Shown here in pieces: positions 34,074 through 41,099 of a stretch of 41,099 bases of DNA. The notes under the pieces are model-generated. The model had not been told where the DNA came from. It searched no databases and worked only from the letters and a program-made list of their open reading frames with translations. Position 1 is the first letter of the stretch, and each line of letters opens with the position of its first letter. Made by a program: the position numbers and the translations under genes. Origin of the DNA: a virus (lineage: Duplodnaviria; Caudoviricetes); IMG/VR virus record IMGVR_UViG_3300037311_000471, positions 1 to 41,099 of that record; one strand, written 5' to 3'.

Positions 34074-36203
34074 ATGGCAGGTCAAAGTTACGGTCTTACT
34101 ATCAATATTGCTACACTTGGAGAAGGTGAATTTGCTAAATTGGGTAAAATATCTACTGATTTGGCAGGAAAAAGCAGTGCCTTTGACAATGACTTATCAA
34201 GACTTGCCGCTAATGCTAAAAAAACTAAAACAGAACTTAGCAACCTTGCTAACTTCAATGGTGATTTTAATTTAGGAGATATTGGCGATATAGCTCCTAC
34301 CCTGCCTTTTGAAAAGCAAATAAATAAGTCCATAGACAGTATTAAGCAAAAGATACAAGGCTTGACAGGTATCAACCTGAAAACCAATGATGCTCAATCT
34401 AACATTGAAGCCTTAAAAGCCAAACTCACCCAATTGCAAGGGCAAAGAAATTTGTCTTTAAATACGGCTGATATTCGCAAGGCAAATGGGGATGTGAAAA
34501 AATTAGAAGCGGAGATAAAAAGGCTTGAAAACCTACCTCCCAATGGGATTTTTGATAAGTTTAGTAAGCTAAGAAGTTCCATCTCTCCTATGGCTGGGCT
34601 TGTGGCGGGGGCTTTTGCTTTTAGTAGCATGATGGATTTTGGAGGGCAAATAGTCAAAGTAACGTCTGAATTTCAGAAATACAATGCAGTCCTTACCAAT
34701 TCATTTGGCAATCAAACGCTTGCTAATCAAGCGATGAAGGACTTGCAAGACTTATCAGCCAAAACTCCTTTTCAACTTAATAACCTTACTGAAAGCTATG
34801 TAAAATTAGTTAATCGTGGGTTTGTACCTACTATGGCAGAAATGACCAAGTTAGGCGATTTGGCAAGTAGTACAGGCAAGGACTTTGACCAACTGGTAGA
34901 GGCTGTTTTAGATGCCGAAACTGGCGAGATGGAGAGGCTCAAAGAGTTTGGTATTCAGGCAGATAAGAACAAAGATAAGGTAAGCTTTACTTTTAAAGGA
35001 ATTACGAAAACTGTAAAAAATGAGGCAAGTGCAATAAGAGGGTATTTATTAGGATTAGGAGATTTGAAAGGAGTGCAAGGAAGTATGTCAGCAATTAGTG
35101 GCACTATTGGGGGGCAATTATCAAATCTTTCTGATGGCTTTGATGCTTTCAAACTCAAACTTGGTCAGGGCTTAGAGCCTATTATCAAAATTGGTATCAT
35201 GGTAACAAATAAGTTGCTCAGTATGGGTAGTGCTTTGGCAGATAAAGTAATGCCTTATGTGAGTGAGTTTGCTACTTTTATTAATCAAAATATGCCTATG
35301 GTGAAGGATATGCTTAAAGGAGCAGGCATTGCAGTAGGCATATTGACAGGTGCTATGGTTTTGCTCAATATTACTATGCTTGCTAATCCTATTGTTTGGA
35401 TAGGAGGGCTAATAGTTGGTTTAATTGGCTTGTTTGGTTATGCTTATGCTACCTCAGAAGATTTTAGAGGGGCAATGTGGGGACTTTGGGAAGCGGGCAA
35501 AGTGGTTTTTAATGGACTTCGGGAGAGAGTAAAAAGTTTTGTGGTGAATGTTTGGGAGTCGTTAAAAGGCTTAGGAAACTTATTGCAAGGAATTTTCACG
35601 CTTGATTTTGAGCAGATTAAAACAGGCTTTGGACAGTTAGCCACAGGCATAGGCAGCTTTGCCAAAGACTTATTTACAAATACGGTGGACATTGGGACTG
35701 GTGTAGGAAAAGCCTATACAGAAGGGGTAAAAGGCGGATTGGCTGACTTTGCACAAAGTCAGGAGGCAAACAAACTGTATAAGCAAAATGCGATAGAGAA
35801 TCAAATAAGTGCTGACCAAAAAGCCAATGCAGAAAAGAAGCAATTAGAAGATGCTCAATCGCAAGGCTTTGGCTTGCCTGATTTGATTAAGTATAATCAA
35901 AGTGGGGCAGAGGGGAAAGGGCAAAGTTTGCTGGATTTTATGAATAGTGGTGGTGGTAGCAATCCAAGTTCAATGAGTAGTGGTGCAAGCACAGGCGGCA
36001 AGGGCAGTAAATCTGGACTTGGTGCGGGTATTTCTGAAATCAAATCTGATGCAGGAGTAGTAAATAATATAACTATCAATGTAGAAGCAATGATTAAGGA
36101 GGTGAATTTTAACAAAACGGAAGTGAAACAAGGCGTCAATGAAACGCTGGGTATGCTCAAACAAGGGCTTTTGGCAGTGGTCAATGATGTCAATACACAT
36201 TAG
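34074..36203 (+). CDS. Tape measure protein
   Basis: 'AKTPF..LT.SYVKL.NRG..LGDLA..GE.ERLKEFGI', central hydrophobic segment 'ANPIVWI', Ala/Gly-rich. Confidence 0.9.
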   Translation: MAGQSYGLTINIATLGEGEFAKLGKISTDLAGKSSAFDNDLSRLAANAKKTKTELSNLANFNGDFNLGDIGDIAPTLPFEKQINKSIDSIKQKIQGLTGINLKTNDAQSNIEALKAKLTQLQGQRNLSLNTADIRKANGDVKKLEAEIKRLENLPPNGIFDKFSKLRSSISPMAGLVAGAFAFSSMMDFGGQIVKVTSEFQKYNAVLTNSFGNQTLANQAMKDLQDLSAKTPFQLNNLTESYVKLVNRGFVPTMAEMTKLGDLASSTGKDFDQLVEAVLDAETGEMERLKEFGIQADKNKDKVSFTFKGITKTVKNEASAIRGYLLGLGDLKGVQGSMSAISGTIGGQLSNLSDGFDAFKLKLGQGLEPIIKIGIMVTNKLLSMGSALADKVMPYVSEFATFINQNMPMVKDMLKGAGIAVGILTGAMVLLNITMLANPIVWIGGLIVGLIGLFGYAYATSEDFRGAMWGLWEAGKVVFNGLRERVKSFVVNVWESLKGLGNLLQGIFTLDFEQIKTGFGQLATGIGSFAKDLFTNTVDIGTGVGKAYTEGVKGGLADFAQSQEANKLYKQNAIENQISADQKANAEKKQLEDAQSQGFGLPDLIKYNQSGAEGKGQSLLDFMNSGGGSNPSSMSSGASTGGKGSKSGLGAGISEIKSDAGVVNNITINVEAMIKEVNFNKTEVKQGVNETLGMLKQGLLAVVNDVNTH

Positions 36204-36219
36204 GTTTTGTTTAGTCGTG

Positions 36220-36305
36220 TTTATCACGTACTTCGTACCGAGTTCAACACGTGATAAATGGAAAAATTTAATCAGTCAATTCATCACGTATTTTTACGTG
36301 ATGAA
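36220..36305. repeat. Paired ATCACGT...ACGTGAT hairpins after the tape measure gene
   Basis: TTTATCACGT/ACGTGATAAA (36220-36258) and TTCATCACGTA/TACGTGATGAA (36280-36305). Confidence 0.6.
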
Positions 36306-36929
36306 CAAAAGGGAAAAAACGTGAGCAAATTTTTAATAAAAACGATATTTAATATTCCCAATGCGGTCAGGGTGAAGGAGTTTGTCGCTCCTACGCCTGT
36401 AGAAACGCTGGAAGGGAATGACAAATTTACTTTGCCAGCCGAGCGAACGGAGGGAAAAGACACTTATGTGAGTTATTTGGGAACGCCTGTCTATGCGCCA
36501 CTACAGATAAAGGACGGGAGCTATACTTTGAACGAAAAGAAAATTTCCTACAGGGGCATAGACTTAAAAAATGTGCTGTATGATGTGAGCTTTGGAAAAA
36601 ATGTGGTCAAAACTGCTATTCAGGGGCGCAATGGGACGGTTAAGGAACTGATTAGCCTTACGGACAGAAGTGTAAATATAAAGGGTGTGCTGGTTAGCCC
36701 AAATAACGAGTATCCAGAGGAGCAGGTGCAAAGGCTCTTGGAAATTTGCGATTTGCAAACTGATATAGAAGTGGTAAGTTCGTATTTGGCACTGTTCAAA
36801 GTGTATAACTTGGTCATCGAAGATTGTAAGTTCCCACAAAGGGAAGGATTCAGAAACTTGCAAGCCTTTGAGCTTTCTTGTGTGAGTGATTCGCCTATTG
36901 AAGTAGGCATAAATGAAGATTTGCAATGA
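36258..36929 (+). CDS. Tail tube initiator / baseplate protein (DUF6046-like); real start may be the GTG at 36321
   Basis: 'KNVVKTAIQGRNGTVKELIS..D..V.IKG..YP..Q.FEL.C.SD'. Confidence 0.75.
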   Translation: MEKFNQSIHHVFLRDEQKGKNVSKFLIKTIFNIPNAVRVKEFVAPTPVETLEGNDKFTLPAERTEGKDTYVSYLGTPVYAPLQIKDGSYTLNEKKISYRGIDLKNVLYDVSFGKNVVKTAIQGRNGTVKELISLTDRSVNIKGVLVSPNNEYPEEQVQRLLEICDLQTDIEVVSSYLALFKVYNLVIEDCKFPQREGFRNLQAFELSCVSDSPIEVGINEDLQ

Positions 36930-37888
36930 GTTTTTTTAGGTTGATAGGTAAGATTAGCATAGGTCAATATTTCTTTGACTATGTCAATGAGGTAGAGGTC
37001 AATAGCTCTTGGGAGAACTTGACGGATACTGCTAAAATTACTTTGCCCAAAAAATTGAGCTTTAAAAATAAACCACTTGCGAATGGGGCTGATGCCTTGT
37101 TTAAAAAAGGGGATAAAGTAAAAATAGAATTGGGCTACGCGGGCAAACTCTTAGAAACGCTCAATACGGTATTTGAGGGTTATATATCTGCGATTAAGCC
37201 TAATGTTCCTTTTACGATTGAGTGTGAGGATGCCATGTGGCTTTTGAAGCAAAGCACAGTTACTAAGTCTTGGAAATCAGTAAGTTTAAAGGCTTTGTTA
37301 TTTGATACGGTGAATGGCTTAGATGTAATTGCTGATGACATAGAATTAGGGCAGTTTAGGGTTACAAGGGTAACTCCTGCTCAAATTTTACAGGAACTCA
37401 AAGAGAAATACGGACTGTATTCATGGGTGAGAGATGGAAAGTTGTATTGTGGAAAAGTGGGCAGTTTGCTCAATGCCAATATCAGAAAGTTTGTATTTCA
37501 GGAAGATGTCATTAGCGCTGACTTGGCTTATTTGAGAAAAAATGATATTAAAATAAAGGTAAAAGGCATTAGCATTTTGCCCAACAATACCAAGATAGAA
37601 GTAGAGGAAGGGGACAGCGATGGGGAGCTAAGAACTTTCAACTACTATAATTTGAAAGAGGCGGACTTACGTAAGGTAGTCAAGGAAGATGCCGCACGAT
37701 TGCGCTATGAAGGGTATAAAGGAAATTTTGAAAGTTTTTTATTGCCTTTCGTGAGGCATGGGGACATCGCTTTATTAGATGATTTGCTATTGCCTGACCG
37801 CAAGGGAAAGTATCTGATAAAAAGTGTAAATACGACTTTTGGGCAGGGTGGAGGTAGGCAAAAAATAGAAATAGATAGGAAATTATAA
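36926..37888 (+). CDS. Baseplate hub (late control D / Mu gpP-like)
   Basis: 'SSWENLTDTAKITLP..GDKV.I.LGY..FEGYI..IECED.M..G.Y.IK.V...FG..GGRQ'. Confidence 0.82.
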   Translation: MSFFRLIGKISIGQYFFDYVNEVEVNSSWENLTDTAKITLPKKLSFKNKPLANGADALFKKGDKVKIELGYAGKLLETLNTVFEGYISAIKPNVPFTIECEDAMWLLKQSTVTKSWKSVSLKALLFDTVNGLDVIADDIELGQFRVTRVTPAQILQELKEKYGLYSWVRDGKLYCGKVGSLLNANIRKFVFQEDVISADLAYLRKNDIKIKVKGISILPNNTKIEVEEGDSDGELRTFNYYNLKEADLRKVVKEDAARLRYEGYKGNFESFLLPFVRHGDIALLDDLLLPDRKGKYLIKSVNTTFGQGGGRQKIEIDRKL

Positions 37889-37981
37889 ATTAGAATGGAA
37901 TCTGGAATCTGGAATAAAATTTCTAATTCTCAATTCCAGATTCCAGATTCAAAAAAAATTCCAGATTCTTAATTTAATAAA

Positions 37982-38623
37982 ATGAATTTAAGCGAAATAC
38001 TGAAAAAGGCAACAAAGGGCGATAGTGTTTATAATACCTTGCTTGCTACTGTGAAGGCTGTAGATGAGGCAGCTCGGACTTGTGATGTATTGCCCATAGA
38101 TGGCTCTGCTGAAATCTTTGGGGTGAGGCTTAATGCTCTCTTAGAAGTGGATGGAGATGACAATCCTATACAGGACGTAGGTGAATATAATATACCCGCT
38201 GTAAATAGCTTTGTACTGGTTACTTTGCTTGACTCTGCTAATGCTTTTGTGAGTGGTTTTTCAGTGATAGATAAAAAAATAGGTACAATTGGGAAAGTGG
38301 TTTATACCATAGACCAAGACAAGGGCGTAAACCTCAAAGTAGATACTAATAAAGCGGTCTTAGTCATTGATAATGAAGGAGATATAAAAATAAATAGTGC
38401 CAGAGATATTATTTTTAACAACGGAAGCAACGGTGGCATGGTGCTAAACTCACCGCTTAATAATTATTTACAAAATATTAAATTATTGTTAGACGAATTG
38501 GTCAGCAAGTACAATGCACACATTCACCCTGCGGGAACGCCTAATACTGCTCCTACCCTCAGCGTAGTCGCCAGTACAAACCCCAGCGTGCCAGCGATGG
38601 AAAACTCAAAAGTAAAACACTAA
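37982..38623 (+). CDS. Baseplate spike (gpV / gp45-like)
   Basis: OB-fold-type N-terminus 'ATVKAVDE..RTCDV..P.V.S.VLV' and HxH tip 'YNAHIHP'. Confidence 0.78.
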   Translation: MNLSEILKKATKGDSVYNTLLATVKAVDEAARTCDVLPIDGSAEIFGVRLNALLEVDGDDNPIQDVGEYNIPAVNSFVLVTLLDSANAFVSGFSVIDKKIGTIGKVVYTIDQDKGVNLKVDTNKAVLVIDNEGDIKINSARDIIFNNGSNGGMVLNSPLNNYLQNIKLLLDELVSKYNAHIHPAGTPNTAPTLSVVASTNPSVPAMENSKVKH

Positions 38624-38627
38624 AAGT

Positions 38628-38915
38628 ATGGACATTCTATATGATAATAATAATGATGCGGTGATTCGCAATGGAGATTTTGAAACTGAGGAAAATACGG
38701 ACTATCAGCACGTAAGGCACCTACTAATAGGTGAAATGGGCGAGTTTCGCAATGCGCCACTTATGGGGGTAGGGCTTAGACGCTGGGAGAAGAATTCGGG
38801 AAATGATGATGTGCTAAAAAGAAAAGCAAAGTTACAGCTGGAAATAGATGGCTATAGGGTGGATAGGCTGGAGTTTGGGGAAAATGAAAGCACGGTGATT
38901 GCGGAAAGAATATAA
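38628..38915 (+). CDS. Baseplate W / gp25-like sheath initiator
   Basis: 'I.NGDF..QH...LL....GEFR..P..GVG'. Confidence 0.65.
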   Translation: MDILYDNNNDAVIRNGDFETEENTDYQHVRHLLIGEMGEFRNAPLMGVGLRRWEKNSGNDDVLKRKAKLQLEIDGYRVDRLEFGENESTVIAERI

Positions 38916-38934
38916 GCCAATAATTTCACTAATT

Positions 38935-39219
38935 ATGAAGGAAATAAGGGTTAAGGAAGGGCAAAACCTGATGGATATAGCTTTACAATACTATGGTAGT
39001 GTGGAGGGTACTCGTGCTTTACTGTTTGACAATCCGCAAGTGGCTGAGGCAAACTTTCACATTAAGTCAGGCGATGTTTTGCTTATAGATTCAGCGAAAA
39101 TTTTGAATGGAGAGGTAGTAGCCTACTTTGCAAGCCTTAACTATGAGGTGAATACAGGAGGGGATTTGATTCCCTTTGCAGATTTTTCAGATGATTTTTC
39201 AAACGATTTTGATATTTAA
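38935..39219 (+). CDS. LysM-like baseplate protein (P2 gpX-like)
   Basis: 'VKEGQNLMDIALQYYGSVEG..L..DNP'; likely start at 38935. Confidence 0.75.
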   Translation: MKEIRVKEGQNLMDIALQYYGSVEGTRALLFDNPQVAEANFHIKSGDVLLIDSAKILNGEVVAYFASLNYEVNTGGDLIPFADFSDDFSNDFDI

Positions 39220-39288
39220 TGAATTATAAATTATGAATTATAAGTGGAATGCAAATAATTCATAATTAAACATTTATAATTTAAGTTT

Positions 39289-39738
39289 ATGGCATTTGTA
39301 GATGAAAATAAAGGAGAGCCACATTTGGTGGGCTTAAATAAGAAGGGTCGGGAGATGCTCAAAGCCTACGCACTATCGCGAGTTTATACCAATGACAACA
39401 AGGAGGTTACGGCGCACATGGTGCGTGAAACGGTAGAATCACTTATTGACGGACTGCCCAACTTGATAGACGACAATATAGACCTGCGCGCCTATACAAG
39501 TGAAGTCTTCCAGCTTGCGGACTGCATCTATGATAATGTAACCCAAATTTATACCTTCGCTATGGCAGAGGTCGCCAAGAATGCCAATGATGACAGTCAG
39601 TTTTATATTGAAGGCATGGTGCAGGCTTATGGCATTGACTACCTGATTATAGAGGACGCGCTCATATTTAGCATTGATGACGAGTTGGAAGATACAGACC
39701 TTTTAGAGTTAGAAATTAAATATAGGTACTTTGTATGA
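39289..39738 (+). CDS. Acidic tail-associated hypothetical protein
   Basis: 149 aa, ATGA overlap with the fibre gene. Confidence 0.65.
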   Translation: MAFVDENKGEPHLVGLNKKGREMLKAYALSRVYTNDNKEVTAHMVRETVESLIDGLPNLIDDNIDLRAYTSEVFQLADCIYDNVTQIYTFAMAEVAKNANDDSQFYIEGMVQAYGIDYLIIEDALIFSIDDELEDTDLLELEIKYRYFV

Positions 39739-41099
39739 GAAAGTTATTAGGTAGTTTGATTCGCTTGGCGACCATTCCCATGAACAGGTTGAAGGTATTG
39801 CCGTATAGTGCCAATATCAATAACCCCAAGGATATTGTGAATGTAGAACTGATGCAAGCAGAAGATGACAATATCAAAACGGATATTGATGCCAATATTG
39901 GCGCACTTATGGCGCGCATGGGCTTAGTGGTGATTCCCTCCAATATTGCGCTCTCTCCCTTCCCCAATCCGATAGCGGTCAATGGGCGCAATTATACGCT
40001 TTTGAACAAACAGCGCGTACTGCTAATAGGGCAGACCACAAGCGCACAAAACGGCGTGTATGAGGTCAGTGGGACAAACTTGGTGCGAATTAACGACCTT
40101 ATCGCTTTGGACGGAATCGTTTTTAGCGGCATCAATCAGATAGGCGTAAATCGCTGGAACAATGTAGCCAATGCCTTGCAGTTCAAGTCTGGGCAATTAG
40201 CCGTAGAGGTGGATACGACCTCGACAAACGCCTTTGGGGGCATTGCTGTCGTAAACGGCAAAATCAAGATAGACGAAACTACGCTTCCCGGCTTTGCGGG
40301 CAGTCTGACCATCGAGCAGTTGCTTACCTTTATTGGGGTGGCTTCTAAGGTCAATTTCTCACAAGATTTTGCCATCACTTGGGACGGGCTAAACGCGCGC
40401 GCCACGGTGGGGCTGAATGCCATGCCATCAGGGGCAATCATAGACCAGTCAGGAGTAAGTGCTACGCCTTACGAACGCTTTTTGTTCTGCAATGGTGCAA
40501 CCGTTTCGGTTGCCTCCGAACCTACACTTTTTGCGGCTATAGGTAGTACCTATACTACCAATGTAGAGATTAATAGACCTTCCCCCAGATTTGTACCTGC
40601 GGGCATGACTTCTAATAATCAAGGCGGCTATATCGCCAGTGCAAGCGAAAACAACGCAGGCGCGTTCAACGCCTTTGATAGCAATGCAGGCACTTCTTGG
40701 CAGGGTGTTTTTAATCCAACAAATACAACTAATACATGGATTAGGGCAGAGATGCCCGAGCCGATGGCTTTTGAAAATGTTACGATTACACTATCACCAG
40801 CGCAGAGCATTGGTATTCTTGCCTCTAAAATCCAAGCCAGTGATAACGGAAGTACTTGGACAGACATCCTGACGGGCTTAGTGGTTAATAGTGATTTAGG
40901 CTGGTCAAGAACTTTTACCATAGCAAGCACGACCAGCTATAGGTATTGGCGTTTTTTGGTTACAGACTTGACCAATCCAGGCACACTGTTTATCGTTGCG
41001 ATTACTTTTAGCAGACGGTTATATGACCCTATTCAGTTTTTTCAAGTGCCAAACTTAGCCAATCCTGCGACCAATGTGCGTAAGATTATTAGGCGTTAA
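39735..41099 (+). CDS. Tail fibre protein with a tail-collar domain interrupted by a discoidin (F5/8 type C) domain
   Basis: 'RVLLIGQT...QNGVY'; collar 'MPSGAII..FLFCNGATVS..LFAAIGSTY ... FQVPNL'; discoidin 'AFD.N..TSW..W..IQASDNGSTWT..YRYWR'. Confidence 0.82.
   Translation: MRKLLGSLIRLATIPMNRLKVLPYSANINNPKDIVNVELMQAEDDNIKTDIDANIGALMARMGLVVIPSNIALSPFPNPIAVNGRNYTLLNKQRVLLIGQTTSAQNGVYEVSGTNLVRINDLIALDGIVFSGINQIGVNRWNNVANALQFKSGQLAVEVDTTSTNAFGGIAVVNGKIKIDETTLPGFAGSLTIEQLLTFIGVASKVNFSQDFAITWDGLNARATVGLNAMPSGAIIDQSGVSATPYERFLFCNGATVSVASEPTLFAAIGSTYTTNVEINRPSPRFVPAGMTSNNQGGYIASASENNAGAFNAFDSNAGTSWQGVFNPTNTTNTWIRAEMPEPMAFENVTITLSPAQSIGILASKIQASDNGSTWTDILTGLVVNSDLGWSRTFTIASTTSYRYWRFLVTDLTNPGTLFIVAITFSRRLYDPIQFFQVPNLANPATNVRKIIRR

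Larger units (their letters stand above)
1490..41099. mobile_element. Mu-like transposable prophage with contractile tail; left boundary approximate, right end outside the window
   Basis: Repressor, DDE transposase, AAA ATPase and GemA-like genes, plus terminase, DUF935-type portal, MuF, gp36-like, protease, capsid, sheath, tube, tape measure, baseplate and fibre genes; no tyrosine or serine integrase seen. Confidence 0.93.

Noticed and set aside
33982-34275. 97-aa plus-strand ORF overlapping the tape measure start
   Set aside because: TTG start, out-of-frame overlap with the tape measure gene; the gap is better explained by the antisense 45-aa peptide
29895-39219. Extracellular contractile injection system, T6SS or tailocin
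   Set aside because: Capsid, portal, terminase and transposase genes are all present, so this is a complete phage tail module
39735-41099. Diversity-generating retroelement or invertible fibre segment
   Set aside because: No reverse transcriptase, TR/VR pair or invertase seen in the window; one could lie beyond the right edge

Overview
The window holds two host genes (1-1478) followed by most of a Mu-like transposable prophage with a contractile tail (about 1.5 kb to the window end; the right end lies outside the window). The host looks like an AT-rich Bacteroidota, judging from TAnnTTTG promoter boxes, lack of Shine-Dalgarno sequences and Q-starting signal-peptide products. The layout is: repressor and divergent early operon (DDE transposase, MuB-like ATPase, second ATPase, DUF3164-like, GemA-like); a ~7.7 kb accessory block (11.8-19.5 kb); a minus-strand packaging operon (HTH, TerS, TerL, gp36-like, portal-MuF-JAB fusion, gpG-like); and a plus-strand head, lysis and tail operon. 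The most notable observations are: (1) a detached two-gene fibre/beta-helix module that shares a ~40-nt leader motif with the late control region, with one Sec-signal protein, plus a late gene carrying an internal signal peptide, suggesting exported virion accessory proteins; (2) a candidate pseudoknot/terminator RNA switch upstream of the endolysin; (3) two tandem small-gene cassettes bounded by a 54-bp repeat; (4) a portal-MuF-toxin fusion with an unannotated cognate small ORF. All family assignments come from motif recognition and synteny; no searches were run.
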